Shown one piece after another: positions 12,276 to 23,902 of a stretch of DNA of 64,000 bases. How positions within the stretch are numbered: the stretch's first letter is position 1; each line of letters begins with the position of its first letter. The stretch is from Octopus bimaculoides (taxonomy: Eukaryota): positions 34,050,628 to 34,114,627 of the forward strand of contig NC_068985.1 in the NCBI RefSeq assembly GCF_001194135.2. The letters run 5' to 3'. The notes beneath the pieces are model-generated. The model did no database searches, had not been told where the DNA came from, and saw only the letters and a list, made by a program, of their open reading frames with translations. A program made the translations under genes and the position numbers.

Positions 12276-13334
12276 TAACTTCTAAAAGGTCGAGGAAGGG
12301 AAAGAAAAGTGGGTGTGAGGAATATGTAGCTTTTGGGAGAGGGGGCAAGTAGGTGGCTTCTCTGCTGTCCACCGCAAAGAAACACACACACACACACGCA
12401 TGCACATACAACATAAGTAACTTCTAGGTACTACTAAAGCNNNNNNNNNNNNNNNNNNNNNNNNNNNNNNNNNNNNNNNNNNNNNNNNNNNNNNNNNNNN
12501 NNNNNNNNNNNNNNNNNNNNNNNNNNNNNNNNNNNNNNNNNNNNNNNNNNNNNNNNNNNNNNNNNNNNNNNNNNNNNNNNNNNNNNNNNNNNNNNNNNNN
12601 NNNNNNNNNNNNNNNNNNNNNNNNNNNNNNNNNNNNNNNNNNNNNNNNNNNNNNNNNNNNNNNNNNNNNNNNNNNNNNNNNNNNNNNNNNNNNNNNNNNN
12701 NNNNNNNNNNNNNNNNNNNNNNNNNNNNAAATGAAAGCAAAATCATTACGAAGAGGAATTGTTATTTAACAAACGAAAGCAGAGCATTACGACAACCAAA
12801 GTTGTAAGAACATCTGAAATTTTAATAAGTTTTAATAAATAAAATCATGCAAAACGATCGAAAAGACACGTAAATAATTTAAAAAGGAACAAAATCCCCA
12901 ATTAGTAAGTTTTTTTTTGCGAAAAATTGCACAAATCTGTCCTGATCAAGAGGCCTATCTGTCGGGGAAGGCATGGTCTGACATGAAATAAATAACAGTT
13001 TATATAAGACATTCAATTGTAAAAATTGCTCAGCAACGACGAGCTACTCAGCTACTTTACATATATATATATATATATATATACATAGAGAGAGAGACAA
13101 TATTAGTCATGGTCAGTTCATAGGGTTACCAAGGTTTTACGTCCATAAAGCGCTTAACTTTACACACTTCTCGTCAGACCCTATTGGGGTCTGGCGAAAC
13201 CCTGGGCAACTCTATGAATTGGCCGTAACTAACATTCTCTAAATACTCTACAACTTAGAGTGTGTTTCTCTTTCAGATTTATGATTTACCGATGATATGT
13301 GTGTGTGTGTGTGTTAAGTATATAATTATTTGCT

Positions 13335-13523
13335 TCAATTTTTGGTCCAAGGCTAGCAATTTTGGGGGAGAGGACTAAATCGATTACATCAACCGGTATT
13401 TATTTTACGACCCCGAAAGAGGAAAGGCAAAGTCGGCCTCGGCGGGATTTGAATTCAGAATGTCACTAATCACTAAGCATTTTGCACGGAATGCTAACGA
13501 CTCGTGCCAGCTTGCTACCTTTT
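13335..13523 (-). mobile_element. Family A SINE
   Basis: ACCCCGAAAGAGGAAAGGCAAAGTCGGCCTCGGCGGGATTTGAATTCAGAA. Confidence 0.85.
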
Positions 13524-15224
13524 AAGTATTTAAATATTATAAACAATAAATATGCTTTTACTTATAGAACTTTTATACAACTTATTTAAAATGTAGCTGT
13601 TGTGATTTTAGTTTTGATCACGTGATTTTGATTGTCGCGGTTGCTGTTATATACCTGCAGTGCGACTACGCGGAGTTCTGTTCTGTTTGCGGCACGACGT
13701 GTTCAGTGTTGGTTTTTAGTTAGTAGAGACTGTAGCAATTCGCTGCATAAAACTGTTATTGCGTTGAAGTTTGGTTTTGCTTACAATTTAGCAATCTTTG
13801 TTTGTATTGTAGATTGCTGTATCTTTAATCGATTAAAACCTTTTAAACTTTGATATTCCAGTTTGGGTTTATAACAGTAGCAATTTATTTAGGCTACGTT
13901 TTAAATCCCAATAATTATCACCTCAAGAACATTGAGTAAGACAGCTTTTGGTGAGCAGAGTCTATGACCTAAATTTTATTCTTTGTTGAATGCAATGAAC
14001 TTTGTTTATGTAATTAATGCTCCTAAAAATGATCTTCCGAATGAGAATTGTGGATTGGAACACAATTCCATATTTACAATTATTTTTTACATGTTATCTT
14101 GTACTTGTTCATTTACAACCAAGGGACACACCCACATTTGAAGAACTTAGCCTAGTCTTCTTTTTACCGATTATTGACAAACATATACAAAAATAAACTT
14201 TAAATACCACAAATATGTTAAGATACTTTTTTTATGCTGGCAACTTTGAATAAATTTCTTAGAAAGGCACAAAGCTTCGTGGAAATTATATTTTAATTTT
14301 TGTTGTTTTTTCTTTAGTTTATATACTAACAACGCAATTAAATCAAAATGAAAGCGGGTTTTTGATTCTATTCTTTGAGAATTCAACTTACGGTCAATGA
14401 ACCAAAGAGGGTGTCCCTATGTGGTCGCTCAAATTACAAGATCGCTACGAAATTCCCCTCATTTTGCATTCCTGCTATCTTTAAAATAAAGAGGGAACAC
14501 ATTGAATAATGTAGTTCGTAAAATACTCGGCTCGGAAAAATTACGAGCTGATCACACCCAAGATTAAATAGGGAATAAACAATAACCTTTACAGTCGACT
14601 ATACTTGTTCTATTTTAGATCTTACCTTCTAATCATAACAGAAAATCTAATATTTACAGATCCTGCATTTTATGCAAGTAGAATTCTTTTAATTTTTTTA
14701 GATATTTAAGTGCAGACAGAAAAGTACACATCTGACTGATTAAGAAGCATATTTTTTTAAATAATAAAATTAACAACTTTTTTTAGGAAGTGTTTATTTT
14801 TCTACTTACGAATCCGTAAATATATGAAAACTATAAAAGCATATTCCTTTTTCATTCTATCTCCCTTCTCTTACACGTCAAAGACTTAAACATCTCTCAT
14901 CCATTTGAATGATGAATTACATTTTCGTTCCATTTATGAGATCGTTTCAAAGATATTTATTGTATTTTTTCTTCCGTCTTTTTCCTTTTTTAAATCTTTC
15001 ATTTCTCACGTCCCGAACTCCTCTGTAATCTGTCTCCGCTTATATTTCTCGAAGCAACCTTCTTGATGTTCTCCATTATGTCTCTTTCCATCAACATCTC
15101 TATCTACAAATCAACTTGTCTTCAGTTCCAATTTATTACCTATTTCATTTTACAGGCCCCTTTCTCACTCACAATTTCGGTTCACAATACATTACATACA
15201 TAAGTATATTGTACGTTGGGAGAA

Positions 15225-15366
15225 TAATTCTTCTGGAATTTCGGGGGAGGGATATAGTCGATTACATCGACCGCGAAAGGATGAAAGGCAAAGTCGACCT
15301 TGGTGGAATTTGAACTCGGAACGTAAAACTGAACCGGCGTGCTAACGATTCTACTAGCTTGCCGGT
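15225..15366 (-). mobile_element. Family A SINE
   Basis: CGAAAGGATGAAAGGCAAAGTCGACCTTGGTGGAATTTGAACTCGGAACGT. Confidence 0.85.
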
Positions 15367-17029
15367 CTTTTTTTTTTTTTTGGTTGGGGTGTAATTTTAT
15401 CGTTAAATAGTAATTGGAACTACCTATCTTAAGAGGCACAGTCGTCTCCAGTGCTCTAGAGTATTGTCATTCCACAATATATAGGCTGGTAATTTTCTTA
15501 ATAGTATATAGGAAACTCATCATGGTCTGCATTAGTAAGGACAAAGTTCTTTTACTTGTTTCGTTCATTAAACTGTGGCCATACTGGGGTACTGACTTGA
15601 TGGGCTAATTCGATCAAAAAGACATTTTAAGTTTGCTGGATTGACAAAATAAAAGAAAGCAAATTATTCTCTCTTCTTTTGATTTATAGTTGTTTGGACG
15701 TAGCAGAAAACAATTGACTATAAAGACCAGGTTGTAACTATTGTTCTGATTGGTTAGTTTTTAGGTGCAAATTGTCCCCTAAACCAAAGGTTCTCAACCC
15801 ATTTTGGCCAAAGGCCCTCTTTTGACCGCTGTAATCACAAATGGCGCCCCTAGAAAATATTTTTATTTTTCAATATACTACTTATTTTGATATCAGCAGA
15901 TAATGATTAAAAAATAAAGGACGTCGTTTTACATATGCAGTCAGGAGTGCAGATGTACAAACTGAAATGCAAAAAAACAAACAAACAAACAAAAAACGAA
16001 ATAATGAATTGAAAGTTTGGTAATTGCGTTTATTTCCACCACACGACATAAGATCAACGTGTTGTCTATCAAAAGAGTGTTCGTTGGTACAAGTAAATGT
16101 CGATGAAATCATTTCAAACCTTTCTGATTTCCTTTATCAAAACAGCTAGAACTTGTGCAACAATCTGACATATAAGTTATTGTCACCTGGAAAGAGGATT
16201 TTTTATGCTCAAGAAAGAGAGTGTATTTGATAGAAATTGTTGAAATACATATGTACTTCATATGAGTAGCAAATTGTGGAGGATGGTATTCACTGTACTT
16301 GGATCTAGTTAGTTTGAGTTAAAAATGACGTAAAAAAATCTGAAAATTTGTCATATTAAACATTCGTTTCTTATTCAGGATCTTGTTTGTTTCATTCACA
16401 AAATCTGTATTTTTTAAAAGGAAGTAAAAAAAAATCTGAAAATTGGTTATCTTAATGCAGTTTTCCACGCTTATTCCTTAAGAAGCCATGAATTTCTGGC
16501 GAAAAAATTTGACACACAATTTTTTTTTTTTTAAATCGTGGTTTTAAAATACGGACAGTCCGAATCTACCATACATTTCTCTTTATAATTTCCAAATAAT
16601 TTTTTTAATTATTTCAAAATCAAAATTGCGTAAATATGTGTGCCAGAAATAGTAGTTAAAAATTAAGGAAATAGATTTTTGGGAGACCTCTTATGACTGA
16701 CTTTTATTCCATTATTCGAATATCTTCTAAAACTTATACATATACATGTATAAATGCATACAGAAACATACAAATACACATACACACACACATACATTTT
16801 TACAGAGTTAGTTTTATATACATCCTTGTATATGTATATATAAATATTTTGGCATATCTACACAATTGTGCCCCAAAGATGTGCTTCTTCATAACCACGG
16901 GAAAATTAAATATTTCTTTTCTACAAATATGCTTCAGATCATGTAGATTCTGATTAAATTGGAATTCTTTGTGAAAACTGTTTGTCCCTAATGGAGTTTT
17001 AGAAAATTTACACCATTAGGCTTAACGCC

Positions 17030-17610
17030 TCTTTGCTGCAAAACGCCCCCCTCGAGCTGCAAATGGCTCCGGGGGTGTCATATGTCTCCTCCGTTGAGAA
17101 CCTTTTCCCTAAACAATTGTGCCAAATCACACGGTCAACTAATCAGATGCGCTAAAATGGATCGCTTGTTCCCTTGGCAGAAAAACTTTCATATCTCATG
17201 GGAGCCCACTATTCTCTCTAAGAAATGCAGTTCTCGTCTGTTTCTACGTCTTTGGCACACGCTACTGACCACACGCAACTCGTCTCTTACAAAGATGTAT
17301 CTGACACCAGCCAATCTCTGCTTTCATCTCCACCAAACACCTGCCTACATCGTTGCTGTATGAATACTACACAACCAACAGACCAACGGCTGCCTCTACA
17401 CACCACCAGCAGTACGTCAACTTTGTCTACAAGATCAACAGTCCAGTTTAACCACGAAGTCTCTCACACATCTTTGTTGTAACCTGTTATTTTATTTCAT
17501 GTATGGCAATCATTCTATTTTATAACGGAGAATAAGTCGTCGCTTACTTGTTCATTTTCATCTCAAGTCGTATGTATCTCATTTCAACACTTCCTCATTC
17601 ACTCACCACT
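17030..17610 (-). pseudogene. Degraded mariner-like transposase fragment
   Basis: Weak motifs DLVDKVDVLL and HFLERIVGSHEI (compare FLxRIVTGDExW). Confidence 0.4.
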
Positions 17611-17748
17611 TCGTTATAGTGGCGACTCCGAGCTAAAACATCTCTGTTACACTATAGATCACTTTCTCTTTTACCGAACGCTAATTACGGGGACGTAAGT
17701 GAACCAACACCGATTCCCAAGCGATCAGAGACAAACATTAGCAGACAC

Positions 17749-18519
17749 GGATCTTTGTGATTTGACGGGCAACACTTGTTTTCTTAACGAAACACTTTCA
17801 AACTTGGGACACTGGTAGAATGTGTCATATAAAACAACTTCTTCTCTTAACCTTCTTAACAAAAAATTGTACATCGCAAGTTATTTCATGTTAAAGTTGT
17901 CGTATTTCTGTAATTTCAACCAATCACTGACGTCTATTCAGCTGAATACAGTTAGTGCTGTTCGGTGTTAAGTGTGTTATTCTCTGTTTAATTATATCAT
18001 TATTCCCTAGTAAGGGTTTAGGGTTAGGATTTTAGGGTTGGGGTTAGGGTTATGAGTTATAGGGTCAGAGTTAAAGTTATGGCAAAAATAATCATAACCC
18101 TAACCGTAATCCTAAAACTAACCCTNNNNNNNNNNNNNNNNNNNNNNNNNNNNNNNNNNNNNNNNNNNNNNNNNNNNNNNNNNNNNNNNNNNNNNNNNNN
18201 NNNNNNNNNNNNNNNNNNNNNNNNNNNNNNNNNNNNNNNNNNNNNNNNNNNNNNNNNNNNNNNNNNNNNNNNNNNNNNNNNNNNNNNNNNNNNNNNNNNN
18301 NNNNNNNNNNNNNNNNNNNNNNNNNNNNNNNNNNNNNNNNNNNNNNNNNNNNNNNNNNNNNNNNNNNNNNNNNNNNNNNNNNNNNNNNNNNNNNNNNNNN
18401 NNNNNNNNNNNNNNNNNNNNNTTCTATACCACAAAATATACAAGTATTCGAAGTTTGAAAGTGTTTCGGTACCAAAAACACTACATAAAAAAATGTTGCC
18501 CGTCAAATCACAAAGATCC
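17749..18519. mobile_element. GGATC-family MITE copy 4 (spans an N gap), with TTAGGG and CCCTAA tracts
   Basis: Perfect 26-bp terminal IR GGATCTTTGTGATTTGACGGGCAACA. TSD GCAGACAC at 17741-17748 and 18520-18527. Degenerate TTAGGG tract at 18010-18075 and CCCTAA at 18095-18125. Inserted into a minus-strand SINE. Confidence 0.9.
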
Positions 18520-18866
18520 GCAGACACAGACACCTACACACACAACATACATATATGACGAGCTTTAGCACGGGTTCCGCCTACCAAACTCACTCATATG
18601 ACATCACTCGGCCTGAATCTTTAGTAAAAGACACTTGCCCAAGATGTCGACCGGTGGGCAAAATGCCCAAGATGCCGACCGAAAGTTTAATAAGTTCAGA
18701 TGTCATAAAAACCGTGATTCTCGCACCACATACAGCACTTAGTCATTTCATATGCTGACCTCTGAATACATACATTATAGTAGTTTACCCCCCCCCCCCA
18801 AAAAAAAAACATGAAAATGGTTTTATAAAGATTTAGAACAAACTACAGAATATTAAGGTCATTAAA

Positions 18867-19080
18867 GGTGGTGAGTTGGCAAGCCTTTACTGCACTGGGC
18901 AAAATGCTTAGTGGCATTTCGTTCGCCTTTATGTTCTGAGTTCAAATTCCGCCGAGGTCGACTTTGCCTTTCTTTCTTTCGGGGTCAATAAAATAAGTAC
19001 CAGTTGAGCACAGAGGTCGATGTAATCGACCTAACACTCTCCTGAAACTGCTGGCTTTGTGCCAAAATTTGAAACCAATA
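18867..19080 (+). mobile_element. Family A SINE
   Basis: GTTCTGAGTTCAAATTCCGCCGAGGTCGACTTTGCCTTTC...GGGGTCAATAAAATAAGTACCAG. Confidence 0.85.
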
Positions 19081-20540
19081 TTTCGATCGTTTAAATAGTC
19101 TCGTCAATATGTCGGTACTGTTTAAATCTGTTTAATCGCCAATTCCAGATTATGTGGTGGAAAATAAAATATCGAGCTAACAGCATAAGCTTTCACTTTT
19201 GATGGGATAGTTTTGGTTTTTGAATTTCAGTTGTTTACCAGGCTCTTTCCAACAAAGGGTTTCTGCTCGAAGTTTTAAGGCATAGAATACATTCCATAAT
19301 ACATAATACATAGAATACATTCATAATCTTCCCACCCATCAACACACACACACATACACACAAATGCTTGATAAACTTATGTCTATCAAATTCCACTCAT
19401 AAGGTGCACTGCAGTGGGATCGAAGCAAGAACTACGTGAGTGTGGAGCGAATTTTTTAAAGCATCTCTGTGCCTTTTACCTAACTTTATTGGTACAAATT
19501 TGCTCTGAATTCATTTTTCTTCCTATTACTGTAGTTGATAAATATCCATTGAATGTTTATCCGTTTGCCTAGACCCGCTTTTTTTATCTCTTGAAAGCGC
19601 TTTCCTCTTTAGCCCACTTTCAAAATAAGGCATCAATCAAGCATACAGTCTTCTTTACTTTCTCACTTTATTGCCCACGTTCTCTGTTTATTTCCAACTC
19701 CTATCATATCTTTTCGTCCTTATCCTTCTGCCTTTGGTTGTTTGACAATCTCTTTTTGTTCTGTTAGTCCGCGCCTCTGTATATTTCTTATTTCCTTTTT
19801 CATTTTGATAGCTTCTTGCCTTACTTGTCTGTATGTTTTTCTCTTCTCCTTGTTTCTCTGACACTTTATCTCCATTTTATTCGTCACTTTGTTTCTCTCA
19901 ATAGCTCTCGCTCTTTCTCTTTATAATGCTTACTCAATAAAAAAAATTCTGTCCCTATGTTTTTTTCACTCTCTTATCATTTCTTTCTTTTTACCACCGA
20001 TAATGACTTCTCTGTCCATTTCTATTCCTCACATTTCTCTCATTGTTCTTCTCCTCTTTGTTTCTGCTTTAGAAAAGCTATTCCTTGTATCACTTAGTTT
20101 CTAAAAACTCAAGTGCAAACTAATTGCGATGCGGTAATTAGTTATGGCTCTTCACTTTCTGAGTTGTCCAGGGAAACCAACTTTTGTTGTAGGTGTTAGG
20201 TACGGTTCAGCCGTGACCTTCTCTCTGCTGGCAGATATCTTTTTAAGACAATCGGGTGTGATTTGATTGAAATTTGTCTGCTATTTTTGGAAGATGGAGG
20301 GAACGTGTAAAGTGGATAAAATGAATACTGTTAGTAAGCGGGTTTGATCCAATCAACTATACTCTTCCATACTTCCATAAAGACGTAGCCATGTTCCAAT
20401 GAAAGATAACTCGTATCATTGAGAATTCTCTCTCCAACGGCATGTACGTACATACATACACAAAACGTGCATGTATGCATATACATATTCCCATAAGCAT
20501 ACGCACACATACATACACACATTCACTCATCTATCTATAT

Positions 20541-20911
20541 TTATCTTATCTTTTATTTGCATCAGTCATTTGACTGTGGTCATGCTGGAGCACCGCCTTG
20601 AAGGGTTTTTAGTCGAACAAATCGACACCAGGATCTTTTTTAGGCCTAACACTTATTCTATCGGTCTCTTTTGCCAAACCACTAGATAACGGGGATGTAA
20701 ACATACCAACACCGGTTGTCAAGCGGTAGTGAGAGACAAGCAAATACTCACACATAAATACACGCACATTATGACGGGCTTCTATTAGTTTCCGTCTACC
20801 AAATCTACTCACAAGGCGTTGGAAGGCCCAAGCAGAAGACACTTGCTCAAGATGCATGTAGTGGGACTGAGCCCAGAATCATGTGATTGGGAAGCAAGCT
20901 TCTTATCACAC
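20541..20911 (-). mobile_element. tRNA-derived SINE family B (CORE-like ACCTTGGGCAAGT segment), near full length
   Basis: Reverse complement shows a tRNA-like head, TTGAGCAAGTGTCTTC, GTAGACGGAAACT, and the tail GGCGGTGCTCCAGCATG...CAAATGACTGA. Confidence 0.85.
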
Positions 20912-20974
20912 TGAAAGAAGCTTGTCGTGTATATACATATATGCAGAACATCCATGTTTAAATTGGGATAATTT

Positions 20975-21002
<28 letters not shown>

Positions 21003-21005
<3 letters not shown>

Positions 21006-21569
21006 AAAAATTAACACTAGATTCGATACCGAGCCTAAGGATTCTCTCTCGTCTGAGCAACCACTGACCAAACGGGCATGAAAATGATAAATCGTCTCCC
21101 TTTGATCTACGACCTCAGCCATGTCAGGCGAAGTTCAAATGGACAGGAGCTGACTTATTTAGACACAATCTCTCCTGCAGTATGTCTATCTTTCTAGCTG
21201 CCACGGCTGTTATAAATACCGTGGTCAGCAAAGGGACAGGCAGAAAGGACCTGGGACGAAGATAGAGCGCACGAGATAGCTGACCAGTATTTTCTCAGAT
21301 GAACAACACTCACATAGACACAAAACATATTCAGTTCTTCCACATCATATCACAGATATGATGTGGTAGCAGTTGACCACAAATACTACTTGTATTATTT
21401 GTGGTCAACTCAGCTTGTAGCAGCTGACAACAAATATATGTAGTGAAAAGTTGTGTATACTGACAGCAAATGCAAGTCCTGTAAATAAATTATTTAAACT
21501 ATAATTTAATGTTATTCATTATTTACTTTGAAGGCATCCACATGCCTATCGCATCTGTTTACCTCAACA
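21003..21569 (+). mobile_element. Solo-LTR-like element (tentative)
   Basis: TGT...ACA bounds, TATAAATA near 21210, AATAAA near 21484, internal perfect hairpin at 21371-21410. No TSD found. Confidence 0.4.
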
Positions 21570-21594
21570 CATTCTGATACACCTTTTCCACTAC

Positions 21595-21636
<42 letters not shown>

Positions 21637-21689
21637 AAAGCAGATGTTAAACGATGATGATGATGACGATATATATATATATATATATA

Positions 21690-22370
21690 ATCGTCATTTA
21701 AAGTCCATGGGCCATGCTGGCATGGGTGGGACTGTTTGACTAAAGCTGGCAAGCTGAGGAGCTGCACCAAGCTTTAGTCTGATTTGGCATAGTTTCTACA
21801 GTTGGGTGCCCTTCCTAATGCCAAACACTTTTCAGAGTGTGCTGGGTGTTTTTATGCGGCACTGCATGAGCACTTTTATGCAGCACCATCACAAGTGCTT
21901 TTACATGGCACTGGTACTGGACTCTTGCAAGCCAATCATCTTCACTAGGGGGAGTGGCCTTATCACTTTTGCTGTTGGTATGGGTCTTCTTGAGTACAAT
22001 AAGGTGCCAGGCATCTTGGTCCTTTGTTATCTTGTCTGAAAGGTTCAGCATTCTGAGGTTGTTCATCAGTACTTTGTCCCATGTTTTCTTGGGTCTCCCA
22101 CTTTCATGTGTTCAATCTACTTTAGATGCACACTGCATCTAATTTCTCTTCTTCTCTGTCAATACACTAGCCCTCTGACAAACATGTACACTTACATTAC
22201 ACTTTCAACGAAGTGTACTAGCCTCATTCTCTCTATCTGTCACATGTCCTCTGGATTCAAGGCCCATGTCTCACTACCATGTAGAATTGCTGTCTGTATA
22301 CATGCATCATACACTTTGCCTTTCACTCTCTGTGCATATATATATATAGAGTGTGGTGGGTAAATTGTCA
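21690..22370 (-). mobile_element. RTE 3' end and tail
   Basis: GRPKKTWDKVLMNNLRMLNLSDKITKDQDAW plus the shared tail ending GCCAGCATGG...TAAATGACGAT. Similar pieces at 30080-30550 (+) and 52750-53260 (-). Confidence 0.75.
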
Positions 22371-23016
22371 CCATCTTATATTTTTAATTTTGATGCACAT
22401 TTTTTGTTTTTGATTTTGTCGACTACACAGTACAGTAGTATCAGTTGGGTACCGTCTGAGAAAAATAGCACCATTTCGCAATTCACTCTGCCAGAAATTT
22501 AGAAAGGACATGCAGTACTGCTTGGAATTTGTGCTGGAAGTTTCAATGCAAACATTTCAGAGTGTTTGGGTGTCAATCTGAGAATATGTACAGAGAGTGC
22601 TAAAAACCAAACATCCAGTCAACATCATGCTGTTTGGAGTGATCACTAGTGATGGCAACGTTATGCCTACATTCATCTTCCCACTCAGCCTCAGACTCAA
22701 CACGGAGGACTACATCAAGTACCCGGAAGAGATAGTGCTGCCCAGGGTGAAGAGGATGGCTGCTGAAAGACTCTATGTCTGGCAACAGGACTCTGCACCA
22801 TGCCACACAAGCAGGAGAATCCAGTCGTGGCTGTCAGACAATTTCTGTGACCACATCACTCCTAACATCTGGCTACCTAACTACCCAGACTGCAATCCCT
22901 TTGATTATTATGTGTGGAACATAGTTGAGTGAGAGACCAACAAAACTCCTTGTAACACCAAAGATGAACTGAAAGCAAGGATTATGGTAGCATTTACCAA
23001 CTTAAACAAGGAGACC
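22345..23016 (+). mobile_element. Internally deleted Tc1/mariner element of the maT (DD37D) type
   Basis: ORF 22597-22932 contains QQDSAPCHTS...WLPNYPDCNPFDYYVW, with exactly 37 residues between the last two catalytic Asp. Reading continues after a stop as ETNKTPCNTKDELKARI. A short N-terminal remnant lies at about 22490-22575. Confidence 0.85.
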
Positions 23017-23404
23017 AATAGAATAAGTACCAGACTTTGAAAAATAAGTCCTGGAGTTAATTTTCTTCTGACTAAAAATTCTTTAGGATGCTGCACCAGT
23101 ATGACTGAGCCACAGTCTAATGACTAAAACAAGTAAAACAATAAAAGAATATATATATGTATATATCATCATTCAATGGAACTGGTAAGGCCAGGGGGGC
23201 CACACCAGGTTCCATAGTCTGTTTTGGCTTGGGTTTTATGCTTGGATGCCCTTTCTAACACCAACCGCTCCACAGAGTGTACCAAGTACTTTTTATGTCC
23301 ACCAGTATCAGAGCTTTTTATGTGATACGAGCACCAGTGCTTTTTATGTGACATGAACACCAGCACTTTTTGTGTGGCACCATATATATATATATATATA
23401 TATA

Positions 23405-23902
23405 CTTACAGATACAGGGTAAAAATTAATAATTAGTAATTTTACCAAGTTGTTTGGTGTGTTAAAAAACCATTATCGGTAAGCTTATACAAAAGTTTTA
23501 TAATTATAAACACAATTAAAATTAGGGTTCGGCAAAAATTGCTTTACCACACACCGAAATTAGAAATAGCAGTTAAAACTACTATTTCATTACCACAGTA
23601 ACTCTCGCAACTCACAAAGGCGAAAAGAAAAAATAACGAATCTACCCAGCTTTGATTAACTGTATACGCTTTTCAGGATTAAAGAGGTGTAAATTATATT
23701 ACCTGATCTTATTTCCATCTTCAGCACAGTATTCCAAACTATAAATTCGAGGATGCTAATAGAAGAATAGTTATTTGACCAAGCGTCATTGAATGAATAT
23801 CCAGAAATAGCATTTACCGATAATGGGTTTTTAACACACCGAACTACTTGGTAAAATTACTAATTATTAATTAATTATTAATTTTTACCCTATATCTGTA
23901 AG
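23405..23902. mobile_element. 498-bp foldback element with about 75-bp inverted termini, no TSD
   Basis: CTTACAGATACAGGGTAAAAATTAATAATTAG... versus ...CTAATTATTAATTAATTATTAATTTTTACCCTATATCTGTAAG. Retains CpGs in a CpG-poor neighbourhood. Confidence 0.75.

Noticed and set aside
12380-12440. Second copy of the GGTAC-MITE left junction just before an N gap
   Set aside because: Nearly identical to 12043-12104 including flank and abuts a gap. Most likely an assembly overlap or haplotype artefact around a hairpin.
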